Source: Candidatus Micrarchaeota archaeon
GTDB lineage: Archaea > Micrarchaeota > Micrarchaeia > Anstonellales > Bilamarchaeaceae
Length of the DNA: 64,000 nt
Direction: 5' to 3'
Assembly (NCBI GenBank): GCA_964647855.1
Contig: CAZYJW010000002.1
Span: forward strand, 4,720 to 68,719
Of the stretch, positions 18,260 through 28,655 are shown piece by piece (position 1 is the stretch's first letter; every line of letters starts with the position of its first letter). The notes under the pieces were generated by a model. The model saw nothing but the letters and a program-made list of their open reading frames with translations. It did not search any database and was not told the DNA's origin. The position numbers and the translations under genes are program-made.

Positions 18260-19513
18260 ATGGCGTTCGAGTTCAGGTTTCCGGATTTGGGCGAGGGCAT
18301 CCACGAGGGGACGATAGTCAGGTGGCACGTGAAGGTCGGGGACCGGGTCAAGGCCGACCAGGTGCTCGCCGAGGTCGAGACCGACAAGGCGGTGGTGGAG
18401 CTGCCTTCGCCTGCCGAGGGAACGCTGCTGCGCATCAACTACGAGCAGGGGCAGACGGTGAAGGTCGGCGAAATCCTTCTCGTGATAAGCGGCCAGGGCG
18501 AAAAGGCGGCGCAGCCGCAGGAGGCATCAGCCCAGGCCAGGCCCGCAATGCGGGCCGAAGCGGCAGCCCCGATGGCGGCGCGCGCACGCGCGGCAGGGCA
18601 CGCTTTGGCCACACCGGCGACGCGGAAGCTCGCAAGGGACCTAGGTGTCGACATTACTTCGGTTACCGGGAACGGCCCGGGAGGAAGAATCACGGACGCG
18701 GACGTCCAGAAGGCCTCCGGAATGCAGGCATCGTCGCCCCAGGCCGCCGCTCCGGAGCCTGCGCAACCTGCGGCCATAGGAGCCGCCGCTCCGCTTGTCC
18801 TGCCCGAGGAGGGTGACGAAAGGATACCTCTGACGCACATGCGCAGGCTGATAGCCGAGCGCATGGTTTATTCCAAGACGCACATCCCACATGCCTGCGG
18901 CATGGATTACGTGGACGTGACAAGGCTATCGGAGCTCAGGGCCCGCGAGAAGAAGAATTTCGAGCCCAAAGGCGTGAAGCTCACATACCTCCCGTTCATC
19001 GTCAAGGCGGCGGCGATAGCGCTCAAGGAGTATCCTAAATTCAACGCGCATTTCGACGAGGCGAAGGGAGAGCTGGTGGTGAGGAGGGGGCACAACATCG
19101 GCATAGCGGTGGACACCCCCGAGGGGCTCATGGTGCCGGTCATAAGGGACGTCGACCGGAAGTCGATAATAGAAATCGCGCAGGACATCGAGCATCTTGC
19201 CCTGATGGCGAAGGCGCGTAAGCTGAGGCTGGAGGAGCTTCGCGGGGGGACATTCACCATAACGAACGTGGGGAGCGTGGGCGGCATGTATTCCACGCCC
19301 ATCATCAATCCGCCTGAAGTGGCGATAATGGGCGTGCACAGGATAAAGGAGATGCCTCTTGCGATAGACGGCAAGTTAAAGGTGCGCCTGGTCCTGGGCA
19401 TATCGATGTGCTTCGACCACCGTGTCGCGGACGGCGCGGAGGCGACGGCGTTCATGAACGTCGTCATGAGGCATCTGGAGGACCCCGGCCTGATGCTCGT
19501 GGACATGATTTAG
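18260..19513 (+). CDS. dihydrolipoamide acyltransferase E2 (single lipoyl domain)
   Basis: Lipoyl-lysine motif VETDKAVVELPS, an Ala/Pro linker, the subunit-binding domain ATPATRKLARDLGVD, and catalytic DHRVADG. Confidence 0.95.
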   Translation: MAFEFRFPDLGEGIHEGTIVRWHVKVGDRVKADQVLAEVETDKAVVELPSPAEGTLLRINYEQGQTVKVGEILLVISGQGEKAAQPQEASAQARPAMRAEAAAPMAARARAAGHALATPATRKLARDLGVDITSVTGNGPGGRITDADVQKASGMQASSPQAAAPEPAQPAAIGAAAPLVLPEEGDERIPLTHMRRLIAERMVYSKTHIPHACGMDYVDVTRLSELRAREKKNFEPKGVKLTYLPFIVKAAAIALKEYPKFNAHFDEAKGELVVRRGHNIGIAVDTPEGLMVPVIRDVDRKSIIEIAQDIEHLALMAKARKLRLEELRGGTFTITNVGSVGGMYSTPIINPPEVAIMGVHRIKEMPLAIDGKLKVRLVLGISMCFDHRVADGAEATAFMNVVMRHLEDPGLMLVDMI

Positions 19514-19552
19514 CCGGGGGCGCGGGCGTGTGCGGTTCGAGGTGGTTTTGGC

Positions 19553-20956
19553 ATGGTGATGGGTGAGCTCACAACGAAAACTGATGTTGCGGTAATCGGG
19601 GGCGGCCCCGGAGGGTATACCGCCGCGATAAGGGCGGCGCAGCTCGGGCTGGACGTAGTGCTCATTGAGAGGGGGGAGCTCGGCGGGTGCTGCACGAACA
19701 CGGGGTGCATCCCGTCCAAGGCAATGATTCATGCCGCAGGCCTGCTTTATTCGGCGAACAACTCCTGCGAGATGGGCATTGTGGGCGGGCCGACGATTGA
19801 ATTCGCGAAAATGATGGAGTGGAAGGGCGGCGTGGTGAGGGGGCTTCGCGAGGGCATCGCGGGCCTCTGCAGGGCACACGGCATCGAGGTCATCCGCGGA
19901 ACGGCGGCCTTCCAGTCTTCGAACGGCCTTGCCGTGCAGACCGGGGCCGGCATCAGGGACATCGGTTTCAGGAAGGCGGTTGTGGCCACCGGCACTTCGG
20001 TAAGGGAAATCGAAGGGCTGCCATTCGACCATTCCCGCATCATCAGCTCGGACGACGTCTTCTCACTGCGGGAGCTTCCCGCATCAATGCTCATCGTAGG
20101 CGGCGGGTATGTGGCAGCCGAGATGGCCGCGCTTTTCGCGAAGCTCGGCACTAAGGTTACGCTTTCATACCGGGGAGAGCGGCTCCTCAGGAACATGGAG
20201 CCCGAACTGGGTGAGGCGCTGCATAGGGGCCTCTCCGGCCTCGGGGTGGAAATCGCCTTCGGGAGCGGGGTAAAGCCCGGAGAGAATGGCGCGGCCGTCC
20301 TTTCCGCGCCGGAAGGCGGGCGCACGGCCCAATTCGAGAAAATACTGGTCGCGGCAGGCAGGTCGCCCGATTTCGGGGGCCTCGGGCTGGAGAAGACCGC
20401 GGTGGGATTCGGCCCCGCGGGGCTGATAGAGGTCGACGCCTCGATGAAAACCGCGGATGATTCGATTTACGCGGTCGGGGACGTGGTGGCTGGCCCCCAG
20501 CTCGCCCATAAGGCCTTCAGGCAGGGAAAGGTTGCGGCCGAAGCCATAGCCGGCAAGAAAAGCGCGTATGACAGCGTCGCGATGCCGATGGTGGTGTTCT
20601 CCGAGCCAGTGCTCGCGTCCGTGGGCATGACCGAGGAGGAGGCCCGGAAGGCGCACGGCACGGTATCCGTGGGCAGGATGCCGCTCTCATCGTCAGGGCG
20701 CGCGAAGGCGATGGGCAAAAAGGACGGATTCGTGAAAATAATAGCCGACGCGGACGGTTTCATCCTTGGGGTGCATATTGCCGGCGAAGGCGCGGACTGC
20801 ATGGTTGGGGAAGCCGCGCTCGCAATGGAAATGGGCGCCCGCCTCGAGGATCTCGCCGCCACGATTCACGCGCATCCCACGATGCCCGAGAGCCTGATGG
20901 AGGCCGCCGAGGACGCCCTCGGAAGGGCTGTCCACAGGTTCCGGCCGGCCAGGTGA
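19553..20956 (+). CDS. lpdA: dihydrolipoamide dehydrogenase E3
   Basis: GGGPGGY FAD motif, redox-active CTNTGCIPSK, C-terminal HAHPT. Confidence 0.95.
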   Translation: MVMGELTTKTDVAVIGGGPGGYTAAIRAAQLGLDVVLIERGELGGCCTNTGCIPSKAMIHAAGLLYSANNSCEMGIVGGPTIEFAKMMEWKGGVVRGLREGIAGLCRAHGIEVIRGTAAFQSSNGLAVQTGAGIRDIGFRKAVVATGTSVREIEGLPFDHSRIISSDDVFSLRELPASMLIVGGGYVAAEMAALFAKLGTKVTLSYRGERLLRNMEPELGEALHRGLSGLGVEIAFGSGVKPGENGAAVLSAPEGGRTAQFEKILVAAGRSPDFGGLGLEKTAVGFGPAGLIEVDASMKTADDSIYAVGDVVAGPQLAHKAFRQGKVAAEAIAGKKSAYDSVAMPMVVFSEPVLASVGMTEEEARKAHGTVSVGRMPLSSSGRAKAMGKKDGFVKIIADADGFILGVHIAGEGADCMVGEAALAMEMGARLEDLAATIHAHPTMPESLMEAAEDALGRAVHRFRPAR

Positions 20957-20965
20957 GCCGCCGCC

Positions 20966-22012
20966 TCAGGGCTCCAAAACGACCTTCATCCCTTCCCTTC
21001 TTTTGAGGACGTCGAAGCCTTTCTCTATTTCCGACAGCTTGAAGCGGTGCGTCACCAGCTTGTCGAGCCTGACCTTGCCGGTCGTGAGGAACGAACGCGC
21101 CTTGTACCAGGTGTCGAACATTTTCCTGCCGTTTATGCCGCCAAGCCGGATGCCGCGGAAAACTATGTCGTTCGTTACGTCGACTTCGAAGGGCTTCGGG
21201 AAGACCCCGAGAATCGAGGCCCTGCCGCCCGCCCGCAGCGTGGCAAGCCCGTCGTTCATCGCGGCCGGGGCGCCCGCCATCTCGAGGAACACGTCGGCGC
21301 CTATTCCGCCGGTCGCCTGCATTATTTTGGCCCTGACATCCTGCCCGTCGCCGCTCTGTATTAGCACGTCCGCGCCGAACTCCTTGCCGAATTTCAGCCT
21401 GCCCTCGTGATGGTCTATTGCGATGACCTTGTCGGCGCCGGCGGCCTTGCACAGCGCGACGGCGCAGACGCCTATCGGCCCCAGGCCGAATATCGTGACG
21501 GTCTTGCCGGCCACCTCCCCGTCGAAAACGGTGTGCACGGCGTTGCCGAGCGGCTCCTGCGCCGTTGCAATCCAGTGGGGAATGCTTTTGTCGTTCACCC
21601 ACGCGTTCCTGTAGGGAAGCGTGAGGTATTCCGCGAAGGCGCCGTTGGTGTCGACGCCTAGAATCTTGACGTTCCTGCAGATGTGCTCGTTTCCGGTCCT
21701 GCACTGCAGGCAGTAGCCGCAGGAGATGTGCGTTTCCGCGGAGACATGGTCCCCTATCGCAACGCCATTGACGCCCTTGCCGGCCGCGACCACCTCGCCC
21801 GAGACCTCATGGCCGAAGATGTATGGGATGTTCTTTCCGATGCGCTGCTGCGCCCATTCGTCCCATTTGTAAATGTGGATGTCGGTTCCGCAGATTGATG
21901 TCGCCTTCACCTTTATCAGCACTTCGCCGTCCTTGGGCTCCGGAACAGGCACTTCGCGCAGTTCCAGCCCCTCTTTCGGCTCTGTCTTCCAGACTGAGAG
22001 CATTTTTTCCAT
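20966..22012 (-). CDS. tdh: L-threonine 3-dehydrogenase (Zn-dependent MDR family)
   Basis: GHEVSGEV catalytic zinc motif, structural zinc CGYCLQCRTGNEHIC, GLGPIG NAD motif. Divergent from kbl. Confidence 0.85.
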   Translation of the reverse strand: MEKMLSVWKTEPKEGLELREVPVPEPKDGEVLIKVKATSICGTDIHIYKWDEWAQQRIGKNIPYIFGHEVSGEVVAAGKGVNGVAIGDHVSAETHISCGYCLQCRTGNEHICRNVKILGVDTNGAFAEYLTLPYRNAWVNDKSIPHWIATAQEPLGNAVHTVFDGEVAGKTVTIFGLGPIGVCAVALCKAAGADKVIAIDHHEGRLKFGKEFGADVLIQSGDGQDVRAKIMQATGGIGADVFLEMAGAPAAMNDGLATLRAGGRASILGVFPKPFEVDVTNDIVFRGIRLGGINGRKMFDTWYKARSFLTTGKVRLDKLVTHRFKLSEIEKGFDVLKRREGMKVVLEP

Positions 22013-22170
22013 ATGGATTCCTCTGTGGGATTGGTCTGGAGGGGATAGGCGGGATAAGGATTAAAAAACAGGCACAAACGCCATAGGAGGTTTCGATGAT
22101 AGTCGTATTCATCATGGGTTCCTGCTCAGGTTTATAATCATGCCACGCCGATAGGCTTCAGGTGACTTGC

Positions 22171-23367
22171 ATGAACGCCAGATTGGAATCCGAACTGAAA
22201 TCCGAGCTTGACGCGCTGGATGCGCAGAGCCTTTTGTGGAACCCCCGCACCCTGGGCGGGCCCTCGTCATCGAAAACCCTTGTTGATGGAAGGGAGTCGG
22301 TGATGCTCTGCTCGAACAATTACCTTGGCCTTGCGAACCACCGCAGGCTCAAGAAGGCGGCGATAGAGGCCGTGAGGAAGTACGGGGCTGGAAGCGGCTC
22401 CGTGAGGCCGATTGCCGGCACCATGGACCTGCACCTGCGGCTGGAAGAGACCATCGCGAAATTCAAGCACACCGAGGACGCCATCTACTATAATTCCGGC
22501 TTCACGGCGAACAGCGGCGCACTGCCGGTCCTCCTCAGGGAGGGCGACGCCGTGATATCCGACGAGCTCAACCACGGCTCGATAATCGACGGGCTGAGGC
22601 TTTCCAAGGCCGAGAGGATGATTTACCGCCATAACGACGCAGACGACCTCGAAGCCAAGCTCAGGGAGGTGTCCGCAAGGCCGAAGAAGCCGAACCGGGT
22701 GCTCATCGTGACTGACGGCGTCTTCTCGATGGACGGTGACATCGCCCCGCTGGACCGCATCGTGGAGCTTGCGGAAAGATACGACGCGGCGACCTACGTG
22801 GACGACGCCCACGGGGACGGCGTCCTCGGGGAAAACGGAAGGGGGATAGTGAGCCATTTCAGGCTCGAGGGGAGGGTGGATTTCGAGATGGGCACTTTCT
22901 CGAAGGCGTTCGGGACGATGGGCGGGCTGATTGCGACCTCCAAAACGAACAAGAGATTCCTGCTCAACAAGTCGCGCACCTGGCTCCTCACCGGCTCGCA
23001 CGGCCCCGCGACGGTCGCGGCATCCATAGCATCCCTGGAGCTCCTGCTCGAAAGCGACAGGCTCGTCCGGAAGCTCTGGAGTAACACCAAATATTTCAAG
23101 AAGAGGCTCAAGGAAATGGGCTTCGACACGGGCAGGAGCGAGACTCCGATTACCCCCGTGATGACATATGACGCAGCCAAGGCGAGGCAGATGAGCGCCA
23201 GGCTTTTCGAGGAGGGCGTCTATGCGCTCCCGATCGTGTTCCCGATGGTAGCGAGGGACAAGGCCCGGATAAGGACCATGATAACCGCGGAGCACCGCCG
23301 CGAGGAGCTCGATTTCGCCCTCGAGAAGTTCGGCAAGGTGGGGCGCGAGCTCGGCCTGATTAAATGA
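22171..23367 (+). CDS. kbl: 2-amino-3-ketobutyrate CoA ligase (glycine C-acetyltransferase)
   Basis: Alpha-oxoamine synthase family. SNNYLGL, DDAHG, and PLP-lysine motif GTFSKAFG. ATG 22171 is preferred over GTG 22162. Confidence 0.9.
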   Translation: MNARLESELKSELDALDAQSLLWNPRTLGGPSSSKTLVDGRESVMLCSNNYLGLANHRRLKKAAIEAVRKYGAGSGSVRPIAGTMDLHLRLEETIAKFKHTEDAIYYNSGFTANSGALPVLLREGDAVISDELNHGSIIDGLRLSKAERMIYRHNDADDLEAKLREVSARPKKPNRVLIVTDGVFSMDGDIAPLDRIVELAERYDAATYVDDAHGDGVLGENGRGIVSHFRLEGRVDFEMGTFSKAFGTMGGLIATSKTNKRFLLNKSRTWLLTGSHGPATVAASIASLELLLESDRLVRKLWSNTKYFKKRLKEMGFDTGRSETPITPVMTYDAAKARQMSARLFEEGVYALPIVFPMVARDKARIRTMITAEHRREELDFALEKFGKVGRELGLIK

Positions 23368-24386
23368 CCACGGCAGCAATCGCCCCCACGAACATCGCCG
23401 TCCTGAAGTACTGGGGCATGGAGCCCGGGGGGGAAAGCCTCTGCCTGCCCACAAAGACCAGCATATCCTTCACCGTGGAAGGCCTTGCGACCACCACCGT
23501 GGTGGAAGCGCGCCGGGAGGGGGGCGGGGGAAGGTTGCGCCTGGCCCTCCGCCTAAACGGAGCGGAGCGGCCGGAGGGCACGAAGGAGCACTCCCGGGTC
23601 TCGGATTTTCTCCGCGCCGTCGGGGGGTTCTTCCCATCCGTGCTGGAGCACGGCTACACGGTGGTAAGCGAGAACAATTTCCCCACGGCGGCTGGATTCG
23701 CGAGCTCGGCTAGCGGGTTCGCGGCGCTGGCGAAGGCCCTCTCCGGAGAGATACCGGAAATCGGGGAGCTGGACGGGCGCAGGCTCTCCGCGGTCGCGAG
23801 GCTTGGCTCGGGCTCCGCGGCAAGAAGCATTCCCGAAGCCGGCGGGCTGGTCGAATGGCGGACGGGCGGCATGTGGGAAAGCGTCGCCGAGAGCATCCTC
23901 CCGCCGGATTTCTGGAGGGAGCTGCGCATCATCTACGCGACGGTGGACGCATCGGAAAAAAGGGTGAAAAGCAGCGCCGGGATGCAGATGAGCGTCCGGA
24001 CCAACCCGCTGTACCGGGACTGGGTGCGCCATGACGAGGATGCCCTCAGGCCGGCATTGCTGGATTCGATTCGGAGGAAGGATTTCGAGGCCTTCGCGGA
24101 TTTGGCCATGAGGGCGAGCAACGGGTTCCACCAGATATGCATGGGCACCCGCCCGCCGCTTAGGTACATGAGCGACCGCAGCCACGCCATCGTAAAAGCC
24201 GTCCAACGGCTGAACGCGGGCGGCGCTAAGGCGGCATACACCTTCGACGCGGGCCCCAACGCGATAGTCTTCACGCTTGAAAGGCACGGGCAGGAGGTCT
24301 CCTCGTGCCTGCGGGAGCTGGCCGCCGATGTGAGGGTCACGAGGCCCGGAAGGGGCGCGTCCTTCCTGCGGACGCACTCCTCATGA
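23364..24386 (+). CDS. diphosphomevalonate decarboxylase family protein (GHMP fold)
   Basis: APTNIAVLKYWG, FPTAAGFASSASGFAAL, GSGSAARS. The substrate (MVAPP versus phosphorylated variants) cannot be inferred. ATGA overlap with kbl. Confidence 0.85.
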   Translation: MTTAAIAPTNIAVLKYWGMEPGGESLCLPTKTSISFTVEGLATTTVVEARREGGGGRLRLALRLNGAERPEGTKEHSRVSDFLRAVGGFFPSVLEHGYTVVSENNFPTAAGFASSASGFAALAKALSGEIPEIGELDGRRLSAVARLGSGSAARSIPEAGGLVEWRTGGMWESVAESILPPDFWRELRIIYATVDASEKRVKSSAGMQMSVRTNPLYRDWVRHDEDALRPALLDSIRRKDFEAFADLAMRASNGFHQICMGTRPPLRYMSDRSHAIVKAVQRLNAGGAKAAYTFDAGPNAIVFTLERHGQEVSSCLRELAADVRVTRPGRGASFLRTHSS

Positions 24387-24764
24387 GGGCAATGGGCATC
24401 CGGTCTTCCCCGAAAGCTCCTCGAAGCTCATCATACCGAGGCGCTTTGTGCCGTCCTTGAAAACCCATGTGGGGTATGCCTTGATTCCGGCCGCATCGCA
24501 TTCCGGGGCCTGGCCGTATCCGCCAGGGAGGCTGCATTCCACATAGCCGGCATACTGCCAGCTGCCCCCGAAAAGCTCCTTCTGCTCCTTGCAATGGGGG
24601 CAGTCCACCGAGCCGTACATCTTCGCGCCGCTTTCCTTGGTGCATCGTGCGAAGTCGTCGTATCTGCCCGGGGACAGCAGAAAAATCGCAGCGGCCAGAA
24701 GCATGGCTGCGCCTACGATAGCATACAGCGCGGCTGGCCGTTTTTCCATGGAATCCATATGCAC
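24381..24764 (-). CDS. membrane-anchored thioredoxin-like disulfide oxidoreductase (VKOR-associated Trx-like type)
   Basis: One N-terminal TM segment, CPHC redox motif, then QKELFG...EC...C...YPTW pattern. Confidence 0.65.
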   Translation of the reverse strand: MHMDSMEKRPAALYAIVGAAMLLAAAIFLLSPGRYDDFARCTKESGAKMYGSVDCPHCKEQKELFGGSWQYAGYVECSLPGGYGQAPECDAAGIKAYPTWVFKDGTKRLGMMSFEELSGKTGCPLPS

Positions 24765-24781
24765 CCGCCCTTTTTTTTATC

Positions 24782-25597
24782 CTATCGAAGCGGATGGTCG
24801 CGGATGCGCCTGGGCATCGCCGTGTCAGTGAAGACGGCCTTGCCGCCCTGGAACACTATGAGGTGGCCGGGCGGGAAGGGTATCCAGGCCTCGTCGGTGA
24901 GGGGCCGGGTGGCGATTATCGAGCCGAACGCGCCCCGCCCCTTCCCGCTGGCAAGGTCGACCGAGAAGTCCTTGTCGATGAGCCGGACCCTTCCGTAGGG
25001 CGGAGCCCTGTTTAGGAAGAAGAGCGACCTTTTTCCGTCGGAGCCGCGGTAGGCGAAAAGGCGTTCGCCGTCTGAAAGGAGGCAGTTGAATACGCCGAAT
25101 CGGCCGATGTTGCGGAGCCGCCCCTCAAGCCACGAGTAATCCGTGCGGCCCCATTCGACTATGCGCCTGCGGCGTATTTGTTCCATCAGGTGGCAGAAGG
25201 CATGCTCGGAGTCCGTCTCACCCACCGGGCGGTAATGGCCCAGGGGAAGAGCCTTCCGGAAGCCACCTTTCAGGTCCCCGTTGTGCGCAAAGACGTAGTC
25301 TCGGCCTCCGAGCTCGCGCTGGAAGGGATGCGTGTTCATCCGCGTGTGGCTGCCCATCGTGGCGTGGCGCACGTGGGCCATTAGGATTTTCGAGCTCATG
25401 TGGCGGTATCCCTTGAGGAAGTTGGAAAGCTCGCTGGCGCCGGCGTTTATCGGCTCCTTGATGACCTGGGCGGAGTGGTCGGGGTAGAATGCGACCCCCC
25501 AGCCGTGCCGGTTCACGGCCCCCCGCTGCCTGAACCCTATGAAAGAAATGCTCGGCCTTATCGGCCTGCTGAAGCAGAGGCCCAGAAGCTCGCACAT
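24782..25597 (-). CDS. class II (Ntn) glutamine amidotransferase, YafJ-like
   Basis: The internal ATG gives MCELLG with the nucleophile Cys2. HVRHATMG, HPF and FAHNG motifs. The 5' ORF extension looks non-coding. Confidence 0.8.
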   Translation of the reverse strand: MCELLGLCFSRPIRPSISFIGFRQRGAVNRHGWGVAFYPDHSAQVIKEPINAGASELSNFLKGYRHMSSKILMAHVRHATMGSHTRMNTHPFQRELGGRDYVFAHNGDLKGGFRKALPLGHYRPVGETDSEHAFCHLMEQIRRRRIVEWGRTDYSWLEGRLRNIGRFGVFNCLLSDGERLFAYRGSDGKRSLFFLNRAPPYGRVRLIDKDFSVDLASGKGRGAFGSIIATRPLTDEAWIPFPPGHLIVFQGGKAVFTDTAMPRRIRDHPLR

Positions 25598-25598
25598 G

Positions 25599-27869
25599 TC
25601 AGCCGCCCACCCGCCCGGAGGCGAATGCCGCCCCTGCGAACGCGAAGGCGAGCAGGGCACCGGAAAGGAGGCAGTTGTTGCCCACCCCCGGAATCCCCTT
25701 CTTTTCATACCTGAGGGAGGGGTCCGATGGCGACTTCAGCTGGAGGCTCTGCCCGGCCCGGACATCGCCCCCGCCGAGATCCGCCTCGTAGCGCTCTCCC
25801 CCTTCGTCATACTTGATGGCCGTGGCAGAATAACCCTGCGGCAGCGCGGCGGCCGCCAGCGAGGGGTTCTGCGCGAGGAAGCGCTGGGTGTCGTATGCGG
25901 ATATCTCGAAGCGCGCCTGCGTCCCCGCCGGCACGAAAATCCATTCCTCTTCGCCGACGAGATCGCCGGATGCGTACGCCCCGGGAATGCGGTTCTCGTA
26001 CTCGCCGCTTTGGTAGTCCATGCCGACATGGTTGCCCTGCGAATCATAGGCGTGCAGGTCGACGTCCGGCTTGGGGCCGAAGGCGTCCTTGGACGGGAGG
26101 TTCACGCTGTTGTTCATACCCGGCACGGGCCCGATTACGGAGCCGTTCGGGGCGGCCGCAGCGCCCACCAGGTTGGCCGGAGTGAATTCCTCTATCTTCA
26201 GCGTGGAGGCGTTGTTGCCCTTGTCAAGGAGGCGTATCCTGAACTTGCCGGGCACGTTGGTGTAGTTCGAGGCGTCGCCGGAGGTTGCAGTCAGGGTGGC
26301 CTTAAGGTACTGCCTGCCCTTGGCGTTGCTTGCCCTGGTCGGGCCTGATTGCGGCCCCAGGGCGTTCACGACATGGTGGCCCGCGGACATGCTGACCTTG
26401 TAAATCATCACGCCGGCCTCCGGAGCGCCGAAGAACGCCTCCGGATTGCGCGCCTCCAGGATATAATAGGAGTCCGCATCATTGGACGCCGGGTCGTCGA
26501 GCGTAAGGATGCTGTCGCCCTTCCCCATGTTCTCGAGAGCGGTGATGGTGTAGGTCTGGTTGATTGAAGCGCTGCTGGTTCCGAGCCATTTGGCGGCGAA
26601 CTTGGTGAAGCCCTCCATGTGGACGGGCGATGTGGCATCGTTCGGCCACCAAACGCCGTATCCCATCAGGCCCCAGTTGTTGACCTCCCCGTACTGGCGG
26701 TCGGGCAATGCCCCGACGTTGTACCTGTCGCTTATCCGGTCGTAGCTCAGTGGCGCCGGAAGCGTGTATCTGGAAGGAAGCGAGTGCCCGAACTCGTGGG
26801 ACCATTGGCCGAGGTTGCTCTGCTCGCTCAGGAATATGAAATTCTTGTTGTAGATGCGCTTCGTGCCCGTGGTCGTGCCCACTTCGGTATAGTCGCTGTC
26901 GCGCTTGTAGTCGCACGCGTCGTAAAATGGCACGGACGGGTCGGTCTGCTGCGCCGGGCCGGCATAAACCAGCACGATGCGCTCGAAATACAGGTCCTCC
27001 GCCAGGGTGCTCCCGTTGAATGCCTTCTGCACCGCCTGCCGTTCGAAGTTGGCCCACTTGTTCCCGTCCGCGTTGAACGATGACATCGGCGTCGCAAGCG
27101 TATGATAGTCGTTGGCGCCCCGCGAGCCGTCCGAATCGAGCATTGAGAACTTGAACGGCGGCTGCTGCCGGTAGGAAACGATGCCGTAATACTCGTTGAC
27201 CTTCTGGCCCATTATTGCGGTTTCTGCTATTCTCTTGGAGCCCGCGAGCTCCGGCGTGTCGACCATGATTACAAGAGTGTCCCCATAATCGCAGAGGCCC
27301 TCCTCCTGCGCCGCCGCATAGAGGGCTGCGGCTATGTTGTCCTCCTCCCCGCCCTCTTCGTCCCTGGCGTCGTTCGCTCCGAAGAGGTATTTCCCGCACG
27401 CGAAGATGATGGCCCCGTGCTCGGTCACGCAGTTCTTGTCCGGGTCGTCGGACTCGCCGAATATGTCTTCGAAAATGCCCACCACCATGTCGTTAATCAG
27501 CTTCGGGATTCCCGTGGGGTTGCAGTTCTGCCCGTAGCGGGATATCACCGCGTCCCTGCCGAGATAGCTCGAGCGGTCCATGTCGAACTGCTCGTCGAGG
27601 AAGCCCAGCCAGATGCCCGGCTCCTGGTCGGTAGCGAAGACGATTATCGAACCGTGGAGGTCCTCGTCGCTGCCGGTACCGAGCGGTGAGATGGTGTATG
27701 TCCTGCCGGTTCCGATGTTGTCCTCCTCGTCTGTCGTGACTGGGTTCGCCCAGCCGAGGCTTCCGGCGGCTTTCTGAAGGGCACGCTGGGCCTTTGCATC
27801 GTCGGTTTCGGCGAAGCAGACGGTAGCCGCCAGCAGCAGGGCCAGGGCGAAAAGGATGCGATTGCTCAT
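25599..27869 (-). CDS. secreted zinc metalloprotease (HEFGH; M6/InhA-like) with C-terminal membrane anchor
   Basis: Signal peptide MSNRILFALALLLAATVCFA. HEFGHSLP zinc motif. C-terminal IPGVGNNCLLSGALLAFAFAGAAFASGR hydrophobic tail. Confidence 0.75.
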   Translation of the reverse strand: MSNRILFALALLLAATVCFAETDDAKAQRALQKAAGSLGWANPVTTDEEDNIGTGRTYTISPLGTGSDEDLHGSIIVFATDQEPGIWLGFLDEQFDMDRSSYLGRDAVISRYGQNCNPTGIPKLINDMVVGIFEDIFGESDDPDKNCVTEHGAIIFACGKYLFGANDARDEEGGEEDNIAAALYAAAQEEGLCDYGDTLVIMVDTPELAGSKRIAETAIMGQKVNEYYGIVSYRQQPPFKFSMLDSDGSRGANDYHTLATPMSSFNADGNKWANFERQAVQKAFNGSTLAEDLYFERIVLVYAGPAQQTDPSVPFYDACDYKRDSDYTEVGTTTGTKRIYNKNFIFLSEQSNLGQWSHEFGHSLPSRYTLPAPLSYDRISDRYNVGALPDRQYGEVNNWGLMGYGVWWPNDATSPVHMEGFTKFAAKWLGTSSASINQTYTITALENMGKGDSILTLDDPASNDADSYYILEARNPEAFFGAPEAGVMIYKVSMSAGHHVVNALGPQSGPTRASNAKGRQYLKATLTATSGDASNYTNVPGKFRIRLLDKGNNASTLKIEEFTPANLVGAAAAPNGSVIGPVPGMNNSVNLPSKDAFGPKPDVDLHAYDSQGNHVGMDYQSGEYENRIPGAYASGDLVGEEEWIFVPAGTQARFEISAYDTQRFLAQNPSLAAAALPQGYSATAIKYDEGGERYEADLGGGDVRAGQSLQLKSPSDPSLRYEKKGIPGVGNNCLLSGALLAFAFAGAAFASGRVGG

Positions 27870-27908
27870 GAGCGGGTTTTCCCGCCATCGATTATAAAAG
27901 TTGCGAAT

Positions 27909-28655
27909 TCAGCGCATCCGGTTCCAGGCATCGGACGAATAGCGCGAGAGAGCGAGCGCGCATGCGCGTGCCCGTTCGCCCTCCGATAGGGGGGCGGGCG
28001 AGAAATCCTTGCCGTGCGTGAAGCCGGAGAGCAGGGCCTCGCAGAGCCTCTCGCGCGGAATGTGGCGCATTCTTGATACGGAGGTCACCCGCTCCTGCGC
28101 GGAGGCAATCATCTTGTCCCTTATCTTCTCGTCAGAGACCCTGAGGTATGAGAACATGCGGGCGGCATCGACCGAATAGAGGACCGTTCCGTGCTGGAGA
28201 AGGACGCCGCCGCGCCGAGTCTGCGCGTTCCCCGATATCTTCCTTCCACCCGCTGCGATGTCGTTGATGGGCTTGAACTCAGACTCTATGCCCAGCATGG
28301 CGAGGGAATCGGAGACCCATCCGCAGATAAGCCTATAGGATGCGATGATGTCCTTCGGGAAAAGCGCCTCTGGCCCGATGACGCTGTAGGTGATCTCCCC
28401 GTAGCCGTCGTGGAAGACTGCCCCTCCGCCCGTCCGCCGCCTCACCACGTCCACGCCGTCAGCGGCGCACCTTGCCGTGTCCACGACATCCTCAAGGCGC
28501 TGGAAGTATCCGATTGAGACAGCGTCAGGCTTCCAGCCGTAGAAGCGCATCGTGGGCGGGCTTGCCCCGGAAGCCACGGCCTCGCCGACCGCCTCGTCGA
28601 TCGCCATGTTCATGAACGCGCCGTTTTCGGCGTATTCTATCACGCGCCACATCAT
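27909..28655 (-). CDS. lplA: lipoate-protein ligase A, catalytic (N-terminal-domain) subunit
   Basis: BPL/LPL catalytic domain: RRTGGGAVFHD, and GRKISGNAQ with the conserved lysine. It lacks the C-terminal domain, which is encoded by the upstream overlapping ORF. Confidence 0.85.
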   Translation of the reverse strand: MMWRVIEYAENGAFMNMAIDEAVGEAVASGASPPTMRFYGWKPDAVSIGYFQRLEDVVDTARCAADGVDVVRRRTGGGAVFHDGYGEITYSVIGPEALFPKDIIASYRLICGWVSDSLAMLGIESEFKPINDIAAGGRKISGNAQTRRGGVLLQHGTVLYSVDAARMFSYLRVSDEKIRDKMIASAQERVTSVSRMRHIPRERLCEALLSGFTHGKDFSPAPLSEGERARACALALSRYSSDAWNRMR

